Assembly (NCBI GenBank): GCA_043797205.1
Contig: JAZDQB010000013.1
Location: 12,979 to 76,978, forward strand
Source: Candidatus Woesearchaeota archaeon
GTDB lineage: Archaea; Nanobdellota; Nanobdellia; Woesearchaeales; GW2011-AR9
Reading direction: 5' to 3'
Length of the DNA stretch: 64,000 nucleotides
Made by a program: the position numbers and the translations under genes
Shown here: in pieces, positions 27,301 to 34,674 of the stretch
Position numbering within the stretch: position 1 is the first letter of the stretch
How the letters are laid out: the number at the start of each line of letters is the position of its first letter
The notes under the pieces: model-generated
The model's database searches: none
What the model was told of the DNA's origin: nothing
Seen by the model: only the letters and a program-made list of their open reading frames with translations

Positions 27301-27647
27301 TCCTCAGCGATAGTCCCTCTTAAAGTTAAATCAGCATTACTTAAATTAATTTCTCCATTAATTGTTCCTTGATTAAGAGAAAAGATGGAGGGATCCGCTT
27401 TTAATAACCTTTCTTCAGGAAGAACTGCAATAGAAATATTGTTACTAAGATTGTTGTTCGAATTGGAGAGAACAGGTGGTTCAGGAGATATTTCTTCCGG
27501 AACACTTAACTCGGAATTTTCTGCTCCCACCGCTGCCCCGGTCAAACTATTCTCATCAATACTTCCAAAATAAATTATTCCTCCTATTAATAGAAACACA
27601 CCTATAAGTACAACTATCACTACTTCCTCTTTTTTACTCCAGTCCAT
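21324..27647 (-). CDS. Giant (2107 aa) surface protein: signal anchor, seven FG-GAP repeats, five beta-helix plus beta-sandwich modules, Ala/Pro linker, C-terminal domain
   Basis: FG-GAP repeats (DINNDGYDDMIIGAP, GDINNDSLTDLVIG, GDVNCDGLKDLIVGA, GDINGDGCKDIILGD, TDMNGDGYADIIIGA, GDYNKDGYEDILIGA, GDANGDGFSDIIIGA). Repeated GNGSGSGINISSVENVTIKNIILQNF-type modules. Very dense N-x-S/T sequons. Confidence 0.85.
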   Translation of the reverse strand: MDWSKKEEVVIVVLIGVFLLIGGIIYFGSIDENSLTGAAVGAENSELSVPEEISPEPPVLSNSNNNLSNNISIAVLPEERLLKADPSIFSLNQGTINGEINLSNADLTLRGTIAEESTGKEVALIDINNDGYDDMIIGAPDATANGYSGAGKVYIFYGGSNGIPSMVNLSQANVTINGIVSSTGSAKISLSGGDINNDSLTDLVIGMSASQDSDYTYSKGKVYIFWGTYSFPTGLNFTNANVTITGINYYDYFGSGGTKIGDVNCDGLKDLIVGAYYLNDGQAFIFYGRNSWSSSFNYNNANVTFNSSGKGLLTRENGIAIGDINGDGCKDIILGDSYDDPGTSGHNQNGITYVFYGSNSFSSSIPVANANVSINGTHGEIITGEFSGSAITSTDMNGDGYADIIIGAYNADVGGTDRGRVDVVYGAEVLPSAIRLETQANITINGTINSAYAGYALSSGDYNKDGYEDILIGAYGSSANGISSAGETYLIYGSPSLPRGLLINSSNVTINGASSSGYSGESVQMGDANGDGFSDIIIGAYGVDANEITDSGESYLILGKVTCNVINRSTTLTNNLTVTGDCFIINASNIYLDGNGYTLIGNGSGSGINISSVENVTIKNIILQNFSNALYFGPSSNLNNVNDTIITANNQKAAFLANNSGNNTFNNVSFVQSATTIGENSTLSNQWYVDVNVRDGDGNLLSGANISAYNLTGSLIQSQITPTSGAVRFSLPEYLESDSGKSYHSNYTINVTKNLYSSMSQSINLTQTNNTLINFTINPGCGEITEGMTFSPTNISASGDCFKVTSNNLIINGNGLQIIGDGTGSGLNLTNRNNVTITNLGIRNFQNNLLLFNATNISYYDSVFNNASNKDVSSLQNSTLLTINATFNQSKVNVDSSSNLVVKWKVSFNITNNQFPLSGAQINAYNLTGAAEAVALSNALGAAQLNLTEYSDSNNIIVYSTPHNIVVNKTGYNNGSTTFNLSQTSNTISLINLLGNSNCTTITTNLVLQRANISKSGTCFTITGSNIQIEGNETTIQGNGSGSALYFMNVSNVTLNSFTLLNFSKGVYLYGSSYIILSNLTLQNNTNGIYFEDSSYNNFTSGTIQNSSGYDLYLDSGSNNILTDVNTTNSSIYSEDFTKITKRWYIDVTVNDTGGNALSNVTTVAYNYDGSIADNQTTSLSGTTRLTVSEFYKNEFGYTYITPQRIVVSKPGYFSTNSSYIFIDETHNTAATFNLTLVSCGISLNQDLTLGSNLNSSGTCFTVGTDNIIINGNGYTLQGNGSGTGINLNGHRGINLNDLTLRNYTQGIVIGQVNNSNLSRITLLNNQIGLMINSSNNNIIRDSVIANSSSNAIQVNNEGYTNNTLINVSVDINNITITGTASLFLKWYVTMNVTYGSNYPLQNSNATGRIVANGDVDDSRISDADGLARLELTELKKNASGVFYYTPQNITTFFNGSSGYSVNNILINLTQTNNTPVNVLLNLTCTIPYNDLSISSNTLLCPGIWEIPDTGAYGIIRLATSNVALTCDNTHLKGSGSGMAFVVRDVQNVSITGCTVEDYNTGIYADNIYGYNLTFNQINMSEVETGINAYAFTNGLILSNFFISLTSTGKGITQLHGTTQNYNISNGTFSGGLVGLDSCTVASILTNSQISGVTFEGDSSTTVGICLTGNNNNITNNTFINNRVGININSGTGNNVYYNNFNSSFRDHVYSVAGNLFNTSMNITYNNSGNLTNLTVPWGNTWDDICNLDINDTNNDSYGDSGSDYPYNVTNGANVNGSVTDYGPKIISCPSENQTGAQEYLTQHGGSSRTTVAAVAPAATAAVEAPPPAAARTTPKVVPTETLTAQETKKFLKIESYSQNLDTQTTQVKITLQNTGKKRMLLFPELDQQTDDPYFIITRKTLGAEDSLFSKISDISYSPDSITGRLLKAEIVNPEQILLNPGETVEKTLEIKEGLVAPKQMKIQFTTFGETVNEQEVKIEKKSVSGTAVDVDTALKTIDVYAVIVPEELSKKIEGQATNPLTGAAVLDLKQTSSEYLLEFSLGKKGSKGVQFGDIYGPYVLKEGKVFVFAQQLKYNSKEYNGQEVLRAKIYHGGEVIAANEFNIDLK

Positions 27648-27786
27648 GAATAGAGGAAAAGAATGTTTTTGGCTTTATAAAGATTTGGGTGGTGTTAAGG
27701 AGATAGAATTGATGTTGCTTAATTCTCAGTAATCTTCTGTTTTAAACCTCAACAAGCTTTAAATATCTCCTCTACTTTTCTTACTT

Positions 27787-27963
27787 ATGATTACCGTCCG
27801 CACTCAGATAAAGGAAATTCTTAAAGGAAATAAGGGTGGTCCGAACAATCTTTCTGACGACTTCATGAACAAATTGGATGAGAAAGTGAAGCAATTGGTA
27901 TTGGAAGCAGCCCAGCGAGCTAAAGAAAACAGCAGAAGAACGGTCATGGGAAAAGATTTGTAA
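27787..27963 (+). CDS. Small (58 aa) DUF1931/histone-fold-like protein (below the ORF-track cutoff)
   Basis: Own translation MITVRTQIKEILKGNKGGPNNLSDDFMNKLDEKVKQLVLEAAQRAKENSRRTVMGKDL. TATA-like GCTTTAAATAT about 25 nt upstream. Confidence 0.55.
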   Translation: MITVRTQIKEILKGNKGGPNNLSDDFMNKLDEKVKQLVLEAAQRAKENSRRTVMGKDL

Positions 27964-28024
27964 GACTTCTACTCTCCTTGAAGTTATGTCTACCCTTTAT
28001 TAACCAGGAGGATATTCTGTTCTT

Positions 28025-28315
28025 ATGAAATATTTATTATTGATATTAGGACTATTTTTGTTGGTGGGATGTACCCCAAAAGGAATAAACTCCCCGCCTG
28101 ATGATCGTTCAGCGCTATATAACTATCTTGAACCGCACATTACTGATTTAAAATGTGATGCAAATATCGCTTGCCCGACAGATTTAGAATGTTGGAAACT
28201 CCCCGATAAACCATTGGCTTGTGTGGATAAGGATCCCTGCATTTGGTATTGCCATCAAGAGAATTGTGTAGTGTTGGAATCTTATCCTCCGCAATTGAGA
28301 TGTGGAAACAACTGA
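28025..28315 (+). CDS. Small secreted Cys-rich lipoprotein
   Basis: Signal peptide with LLVGC lipobox-like motif. Confidence 0.55.
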   Translation: MKYLLLILGLFLLVGCTPKGINSPPDDRSALYNYLEPHITDLKCDANIACPTDLECWKLPDKPLACVDKDPCIWYCHQENCVVLESYPPQLRCGNN

Positions 28316-28316
28316 T

Positions 28317-29174
28317 TTATCCCTTAATTCTCGGCGGTGGAGGCAGGGGCAACTCTTCAAAATCAGAACTTGCTTCTAATGAAAGAGGGAAGACGGTCGC
28401 AGAAGGAGCCATGCTGGCGCTTCCGGCAGAGGATAGATTGCTGCTGCTCATCGCCGGAACCCCAAACAATAAATCGTGTTTGATATCTTCTGGTAGAACA
28501 TTTTCCGGAATAGGAGTAATTGCTTCGGGCGGAACAGTAGCAGCTAATAACTGTTTCAATTTATCTTCAATCATTCCTAACTTATTCCCTAAAGCTAGAG
28601 CATTAGGATTTTTATGTAATATTTTACTCTTCTCTAGCTCGAATCTTAATGTTTCTACTCTGCTTAACAACGATTGTAATTTATCGCGATTTAATAACGG
28701 TCTCGTGGGCGTTTCGGCAATTATTTTTTGTGCTGTCTTTAATAGCTTTTTCTTTGGACTTACTTCAGCCAACAATTTCCGGCTTAATTCAACATCTTCT
28801 TGTGTACCATACTTGGCCAGCATCTCTCCTAATAGATGAGATAATTTTTCTACTTTCTTGGGTAGCTCTTTATCTTCTGCGATAGATAATCTTTTCTTCA
28901 ATAAATCTATTTTTTTCTTAAGCAGTTTTACTTGGACTGATTCTTGGTTTCTGCTTTTTTGTAACGACTTCTCTAAATCCGAAATGGTTTTCAATTCTTC
29001 TTCCAGATTCTGGATTTCTTTTTTGATAATAAATCGGGGAGTTTTCTTTTGATCAATTAGATACTTAATTTCATTTACTTTTTTAATAATCTCTACATGA
29101 GAAAAAGTTTCTTTCTGCAGCTCAGTTAAAGAAGCTATTTTATACAGGAACTGTTGCGCTTTGAGCGTGCTCAT
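28317..29174 (-). CDS. Coiled-coil protein with proline-rich C-terminus (ELPLPPPPRIKG)
   Basis: Heptad-rich, Lys/Glu/Leu-rich 285 aa. 3-nt gap to the upstream gene. Confidence 0.6.
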   Translation of the reverse strand: MSTLKAQQFLYKIASLTELQKETFSHVEIIKKVNEIKYLIDQKKTPRFIIKKEIQNLEEELKTISDLEKSLQKSRNQESVQVKLLKKKIDLLKKRLSIAEDKELPKKVEKLSHLLGEMLAKYGTQEDVELSRKLLAEVSPKKKLLKTAQKIIAETPTRPLLNRDKLQSLLSRVETLRFELEKSKILHKNPNALALGNKLGMIEDKLKQLLAATVPPEAITPIPENVLPEDIKHDLLFGVPAMSSSNLSSAGSASMAPSATVFPLSLEASSDFEELPLPPPPRIKG

Positions 29175-29177
29175 GGC

Positions 29178-29780
29178 TTATTTGAACAACCCTTTTCTTT
29201 TTGGCGGAGCTCCCATACTTGGTGGAGGGGGAGGAAAGTTATCCGAACCGGAACTGTTAAAATTATCTCCAAAAGAAGGAAAATTATTGTCCATGCTGGG
29301 CGGAGGAGCCATTCTTCCCGGACCGCTCATTTGGGGCATGCCCATATCATGGCGAACCATTCCGGAAGGAGCAGTTGTTTGGCTAGAAGAAAAGGTTAGA
29401 GTAGAATCTGAACCAACCTTAGATCCATCTTGCTTACTTACAAAATCGTCCACTTTATCAGAGATAGCCAGCATCCCTTTAGCGATAGTTTCATTTTGAC
29501 TGATGACGTCAGCCAATTTATCGTTAATGTCAGTAATCCTTTTCATCACGTCTTCTTCCTGCGTTTCCTTTAACGCTTGCTGGAAAATAGTGTTTAACTC
29601 ATGAACAGAATCTTTCATGCTTTCTATTTCTAGAATTAGTTCGTTAATTTTACTATCGGGTTGGGTCAATTTCTTTTTCAAACCCTCTACTTCATCCTTC
29701 AAATCGTTTAACAACTGGTGCGGAAGAATTTCATAATCTTCATCATTAGCCATATCTACCACCTTTTTGGAATATAGCAA
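29178..29780 (-). CDS. Coiled-coil protein with proline-rich C-terminus (FPPPPPSMGAPPKRKGLFK)
   Basis: The N-terminal two-thirds is helical and the C-terminal third is Ser/Gly/Pro/Met-rich. The real start may be Met10 (29753). Confidence 0.6.
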   Translation of the reverse strand: MLYSKKVVDMANDEDYEILPHQLLNDLKDEVEGLKKKLTQPDSKINELILEIESMKDSVHELNTIFQQALKETQEEDVMKRITDINDKLADVISQNETIAKGMLAISDKVDDFVSKQDGSKVGSDSTLTFSSSQTTAPSGMVRHDMGMPQMSGPGRMAPPPSMDNNFPSFGDNFNSSGSDNFPPPPPSMGAPPKRKGLFK

Positions 29781-29927
29781 ATGTGTAAGGTATTCGTTAT
29801 CCTCACATTTGCTTATTAGTAATTGTGAACCAATTTACGATGACTATTCACAATTACTATATTATATTAGAGAGAATTAAAGTAAATTTGTTTATAAATG
29901 TTACTGTGCTCTCTTTATAAAAGTGCG

Positions 29928-30050
29928 AATATGAAACTCTCGCCAATGTGGCCAGTGACGAGCGGAAGCTATTCGTCAGAGATCTAGCTTGCCGTTCATT
30001 CGTTCATTTATTATTTGTTGGAACGGCTCGGAACGGGAGGGTTTCATATT
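29928..30050. other. Roughly 123-nt structured region (H2), upstream of or within the 5' leader of the prepilin peptidase gene
   Basis: Closing stem AAUAUGAAACUCUCGCC / GGGAGGGUUUCAUAUU. Inner hairpins UGACGA..UCGUCA and GCCGUUC..GAACGGC. TATA-like CTTTATAAAAG at 29913. Confidence 0.3.
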
Positions 30051-30101
30051 TACTTTACTAAAACCCAAAATTTAATAAACTTCTTTCTGAACTTTCCTGA
30101 T

Positions 30102-30962
30102 ATGTTCCTTGAGGTGACTTTAATCGCGGTAACTTTGTTTGCTTTAATTATTGCTTCTTATTGCGATCTAAAGTGGAGAGAAGTGCCCGACTGGATTAGT
30201 TACGGATTAATCTTCGCCGCTCTGGGAATAAGAGCAATCTTTTCTCTGTCATCGGGCTGGGAAATCTTAATCTCCGGAGCTTTAGGCTTTGGGATCTTTT
30301 TCGGATTATCTTGTCTGCTTTATTATTCTAACCAATGGGGTGGTGGAGATAGTAAACTGTTGATGGGGATGGGTGGAGTGATTGGAATCGCTTATCCCTT
30401 CGATAGCTCTTCCTGGAACCTCTTTTGGTTTTTTCTCTTACTATTATCATTAGGTGCAATTTATGGATTAATTTGGGTAGTAGGATTAGCGATTAAAGAG
30501 AGAAAGAAGTTCCTTCCCGATTTCAAGAAGAAATGGAACGAACATAAAACTTTACATTTAATTTTGGGAATAATCTCTTTGTTGTTGTTCGTTCTTTTCT
30601 TATTCGGATTGAAATATAATTTCAGTTTTATCTGGCCGTTGATTCCTTTTCCTTTAATTACCTTCTACTTATTCCTCTTTGTGACTACCGTAGAAAACAG
30701 CTGTTTCATTATGAAGCGAGAAGTAACTAAATTAACTGAAGGAGATTGGCTGGCAGAAGAAGTTAAGGTTGCAGATAAAGTGGTAATGAAGAAGAAAACC
30801 CTGGAGAAGGAAGATCTGGAAGAGCTGTTAAGGTGGCATAAAGAAAAGAAGTTGGAAATGGTCAAAGTGAGAGAAGGAGTCCCTTTTGTGCCCAGTTTCT
30901 TGTTTGCTTACCTGGCTTTGCTTCTCTGGAACTACTTTTGGGCTTCCAATCTTCCTTTTTAG
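30102..30962 (+). CDS. A24-family prepilin/preflagellin peptidase
   Basis: CDLKWREVPDW (first Asp) and GGGDSKLLMGMG (GxGD). The track start at 30015 is a TTG inside the structured region, so the ATG at 30102 is preferred. Confidence 0.8.
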   Translation: MFLEVTLIAVTLFALIIASYCDLKWREVPDWISYGLIFAALGIRAIFSLSSGWEILISGALGFGIFFGLSCLLYYSNQWGGGDSKLLMGMGGVIGIAYPFDSSSWNLFWFFLLLLSLGAIYGLIWVVGLAIKERKKFLPDFKKKWNEHKTLHLILGIISLLLFVLFLFGLKYNFSFIWPLIPFPLITFYLFLFVTTVENSCFIMKREVTKLTEGDWLAEEVKVADKVVMKKKTLEKEDLEELLRWHKEKKLEMVKVREGVPFVPSFLFAYLALLLWNYFWASNLPF

Positions 30963-31066
30963 TCTCATTTTTAACTTAAACCTATGGAAAGCTTTTTATA
31001 GGTAGAAATATTGCTTAGAACATAACTGTTAAAAGGGATATAACCCTTAAAAGTACTAAAAGAGGT

Positions 31067-31669
31067 GTGAAGATGAAGAGAAAGAATTTTCGATTAAAGA
31101 AGAGAGGTTCTTTAAACCTATCTATAGAAGCAATCGTAATCGTAGTGATTGCTTTTACGGTATTAGGTTTAGGATTAGCTTTTGTTAAGAGTCAGTTAGG
31201 CGGAATCGGTAAAACTTCTTCCGAAGTACAAAGTAAGATTAAAGATCAGATTCTGGAAGATATGCGCAGTTCTGGAAAGAAATTGGCCATAACTCAAGAG
31301 ATTATTTTAGAGAGAGGTAAACAAGCCATAGAAAATGTGGGTATTGTTAATACTGACGTCATTACTCGTAAATACGGAATTAGAATTGACCCGGTAAAAA
31401 TGCAAAAACCGGATGGAACTACTATAACTGATACTGTCGTGATGGATGGTGACATTAGTTTTTTTTATAACAACCTGATTGAAAAAGAATTGTCTCCCAC
31501 TAGCGGAGATGTTATACCTTTAACTATTTCTACCAAAAGTTCCGCGGCAGGAAATTATTTGTATAAAGTGACAGTGTTTGACGATGGTAAGTGTGCTAAT
31601 CCAGATACGACCAGCTGTGATTCTGCTACCGCTTACGACACTCGTTCCTTCTTTGTGAAGGTAGGATAG
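31067..31669 (+). CDS. Type IV pilin-like protein (class III signal peptide)
   Basis: KKRG|SLNLSIEAIVIVVIAFTVLGLGLAF. Paralogous to 35293..35877 (NVGIVNTDVITRKYGIRI versus GIGILNTDYENKFRIEV). Confidence 0.65.
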   Translation: MKMKRKNFRLKKRGSLNLSIEAIVIVVIAFTVLGLGLAFVKSQLGGIGKTSSEVQSKIKDQILEDMRSSGKKLAITQEIILERGKQAIENVGIVNTDVITRKYGIRIDPVKMQKPDGTTITDTVVMDGDISFFYNNLIEKELSPTSGDVIPLTISTKSSAAGNYLYKVTVFDDGKCANPDTTSCDSATAYDTRSFFVKVG

Positions 31670-31679
31670 GTGAACAAAA

Positions 31680-31913
31680 ATGGCAAAATCAATTTCAGGA
31701 AAAAAGCGGATGACCGAAGAGCAGGAATTTGAAATCATGAAATTAGTCTTGGACAAATTCTTGTGGCTGGGATTTGTAGTGATGGGCTGGGGCATGTATC
31801 AGTCTTTAAACCAAGCGAGCATTATGGCGGGCATCTGGTATCTGATCTCCGGTGCAGTATTGTTGCTATTATTCTTGATAATAATCGTCAAGGAATACGA
31901 GATTGTGAAATAA
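31680..31913 (+). CDS. Small two-TM membrane protein
   Basis: 77 aa. 10 nt after the pilin stop. Confidence 0.45.
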   Translation: MAKSISGKKRMTEEQEFEIMKLVLDKFLWLGFVVMGWGMYQSLNQASIMAGIWYLISGAVLLLLFLIIIVKEYEIVK

Positions 31914-31974
31914 TATTTAGATTAATTTATCTTTTTTTTACTTTTTCTATTAGATTTTTTTATTATGTTGGATT

Positions 31975-34674
31975 TTAGTTGCACTTTATTTTGATGTAAT
32001 CAAAGATAACTTCTGATGAAGATTGAGAACTACTATTAAGATAAGAGCTATGTATCCCTCCATTGTACGTTCCATTAATGCTTTTTCCTCCGGTAGAAAG
32101 AGTCAAGAGTGTACCACTTTTAGTCAATGTAACTGTATTAAAGTTAGTAAGGGTTATACCGGTAAGTTCTTTATAATCACCGCTAATTCCACTATAGTAT
32201 AGTTTAATTGCTCCCGGGTGGTCTTTTTCATTTGCTGTTATGAGGATAGAGGGTTCTGTTCCGGTTAGGATATAATAGTCGCTTCCCGGATTTAATTTTG
32301 CAGAATAAACTAAAGTAAAATTATTATCACATCCAGTAAATTGTCCAGCATTACCTATATCACTTCCCGGAGGCAAGTGTAAATTTCCTCCGGAATTATA
32401 AGGACTTCCATTTACATTATTCCAACGGCATAACGTATCCAAAGTTCCGTTAAATCCATCATAAAACACACATCCCGCTTCTCCGCATCCGCTGGCTGGA
32501 TCACAGCCGCCAACACATGCTCCATTTTGGCAGGTTTGTTCTCCGTTGCAACTTCCACAACTTCCTTCACAACCATTATCTCCGCATACTTTTCCGGAGC
32601 AGGAAGGGGTGCAGTTATCTACACAAATTCCTGGTGTTTCATAGTACGAACCGCAATGGGTCCCAGAGGGACAGTTTCCACAGCTTCCTCCACAGTCGTC
32701 CGGACCACACTCTTTTCCGGAACAGGAAGGAGAGCAAGAACATTGGCCATTGTTACAGGTTGAGCTACCACCGCAATTTTGGATTACTTCTTCTATCCCT
32801 CCACAACTGTCCGCCCATACAATTTTATTACCATTACAAGTTTGATAATCATGCGGTGTACAATTACTGCATTCTCCGTCAATGCACTTATAGCTTCCAC
32901 AATTTTCGGCCACGCTGTTATAGCTACTTCCATCAGGAGACCAAAAAGTTTGAGTGGGATCAATCGAAGAACAAATCTTTGAGTAACAAGATACATCTCC
33001 TGTCCCCGAACCCCATTTATAACAGTGTTTAGAATTTCCCTTACTATCTATTTTAGTATTACAATCTAAAGTAGATAAGGTTTGGCCACAAGTGCTGATC
33101 TCTACCATTACCTCTCCTTGGCACTCATAATGGTCAAAAGAGCAGATATTTTCCACGCAGGTACCGGTACTATTGTTGCAGCTATATCCAGTAGAGCACT
33201 TTCCGCAGAATCCTCCGCACCAGTCCGGTCCACATTCTTTTCCGTCACATTGAGGAGTACAACTGGGATCATATACGCATTCTCCTCCTTGACAGACATA
33301 TTTAGTAGCACATTCTTGGGGTGAGCCCCATTTACTACAAGTAGAAGTGATATACTCACATCCTAAGACGGAATTTCCGGAACAAGTTTTTTGTGGAACG
33401 GTACATTCACTCTTACAATTTTCACATTCTCCATCGACACAAGCCACTCCGGTCGGACAAGTTCCACAGTTTCCATCACAGCTGTTCGGTCCACAATCGG
33501 TAGTGCAGGTTCCTGCATTACAATTGTATCCGGAATCGCAGGTGCCGCAACTTCCTTTACAACCATTATCTCCACAAACCTTACCAGAACAATCAGCAAT
33601 ACAATCTTCTAAACATTTTCCTTTAGAATTACAGAATAATTCCGGACTGCAATCTCCACAGCTTCCTCCGCAACCATCACTACCACATTTTCTATCGTAG
33701 CAGTCGGAAGTACAAGTAGTGGTTTGGTCAAAAAGTAGTTGAATTCCAGCGATTCCATACTCTACTACTTTGGCGCTTAAGATAGGCCAATATCCCTTAA
33801 AGCATTCACTATCCGGGTAGTCGGTAAAGAAACCGCTATGTAAAATTTTTACGTTTGATTGTACTACTCTGCCGCTAGTGTCCGTTATGTCACGATAGCA
33901 ATAAGTACGATAATCGTCCCAAGTGCAATTGTCCGGCTCTCTTCCATCTAGACCATCAGCGCTATAAAAATTTGAACCGGTAAATGTAGCCAAATCTTTC
34001 ATCAATGCGCTTAAGGAATTTAGTTTCTTAGTATCAGGAAGATTTCCTAAATCTGGATTAACTTGGCCCATAATCTCATCTTTGTGTGCATCAGTCCAGG
34101 TTTCGTAAGGGTCGCTGTATGCTCCAGTCATATGTGCTAATCCTCCCACGTATTTTTCTCCCGGAGGATGAGCATCATCCCACACATGCGCCGGGACGGT
34201 TAAATCAGCATTAAGATGGTACCAAAAACCAAAATTTTCTCCCAGTAATGGGCTAACCTGCTTAGAAAAATCTTCTTTCACTTTATCCCAACAATGATTT
34301 CCTTCTAACGCTGAAGTTTGAGCATTACAATCCTGCGCCCATTGATCGGGAGAGCTGAATGTTCCTTTAAACCCCTCTCCGGTCTGCCACTGTAAAAAGT
34401 GATGGAACGCACGAGCATAAGTAGGAGCAGAATCTTCTTTAATGCTGCCGGCTTGGATTTCGCTGGTAAAGAAATCTACCTGGCTTTGAGGAAAATGTTG
34501 ATGATAAGCTTCTCGTAAAGGTTCTACTAAAAGGGGATGGACAGAGAAACTAGTTGGAGGATTGCTTAAATCTCCGGCATTATAAGAATCGGCGATACGG
34601 GGAGTTAAAGTGATACTTAAAGCAGCTACTGCTGCCACGATTTTTCGAATTAAACTATTTTTAAAACGAGCCAA
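31975..34674 (-). CDS. Secreted 899-aa protein: zinc-PLC/S1-P1-nuclease-like N-domain, at least five Cys-rich CG-x-D-x-CGGSCG-x-C repeats, C-terminal beta-sandwich (LamG-like)
   Basis: Signal peptide. YHLNADLTVPAHVWDD resembles the PLC zinc motif H-x3-D-x3-P-x-H. Repeats such as CSGKVCGDNGCKGSCGTCDSGYNCNAGTC. Confidence 0.75.
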   Translation of the reverse strand: MARFKNSLIRKIVAAVAALSITLTPRIADSYNAGDLSNPPTSFSVHPLLVEPLREAYHQHFPQSQVDFFTSEIQAGSIKEDSAPTYARAFHHFLQWQTGEGFKGTFSSPDQWAQDCNAQTSALEGNHCWDKVKEDFSKQVSPLLGENFGFWYHLNADLTVPAHVWDDAHPPGEKYVGGLAHMTGAYSDPYETWTDAHKDEIMGQVNPDLGNLPDTKKLNSLSALMKDLATFTGSNFYSADGLDGREPDNCTWDDYRTYCYRDITDTSGRVVQSNVKILHSGFFTDYPDSECFKGYWPILSAKVVEYGIAGIQLLFDQTTTCTSDCYDRKCGSDGCGGSCGDCSPELFCNSKGKCLEDCIADCSGKVCGDNGCKGSCGTCDSGYNCNAGTCTTDCGPNSCDGNCGTCPTGVACVDGECENCKSECTVPQKTCSGNSVLGCEYITSTCSKWGSPQECATKYVCQGGECVYDPSCTPQCDGKECGPDWCGGFCGKCSTGYSCNNSTGTCVENICSFDHYECQGEVMVEISTCGQTLSTLDCNTKIDSKGNSKHCYKWGSGTGDVSCYSKICSSIDPTQTFWSPDGSSYNSVAENCGSYKCIDGECSNCTPHDYQTCNGNKIVWADSCGGIEEVIQNCGGSSTCNNGQCSCSPSCSGKECGPDDCGGSCGNCPSGTHCGSYYETPGICVDNCTPSCSGKVCGDNGCEGSCGSCNGEQTCQNGACVGGCDPASGCGEAGCVFYDGFNGTLDTLCRWNNVNGSPYNSGGNLHLPPGSDIGNAGQFTGCDNNFTLVYSAKLNPGSDYYILTGTEPSILITANEKDHPGAIKLYYSGISGDYKELTGITLTNFNTVTLTKSGTLLTLSTGGKSINGTYNGGIHSSYLNSSSQSSSEVIFDYIKIKCN

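Noticed and set aside
21592-27573. Many 60-150-aa ORFs antisense or out of frame inside the giant gene. The same occurs inside the 899-aa gene (32517..33700), cdc48 (47010..49199) and gatE (41306..42520).
   Set aside because: These are shadow ORFs within long, well-supported coding regions. They have repetitive low-complexity translations and no independent start context.
30015-30101. TTG-initiated N-terminal extension of the prepilin peptidase (MLERLGTGGFHIYF...).
   Set aside because: The extension lies in the structured, dyad-rich region, has no peptidase-like sequence, and an ATG at 30102 starts directly at the first TM helix.
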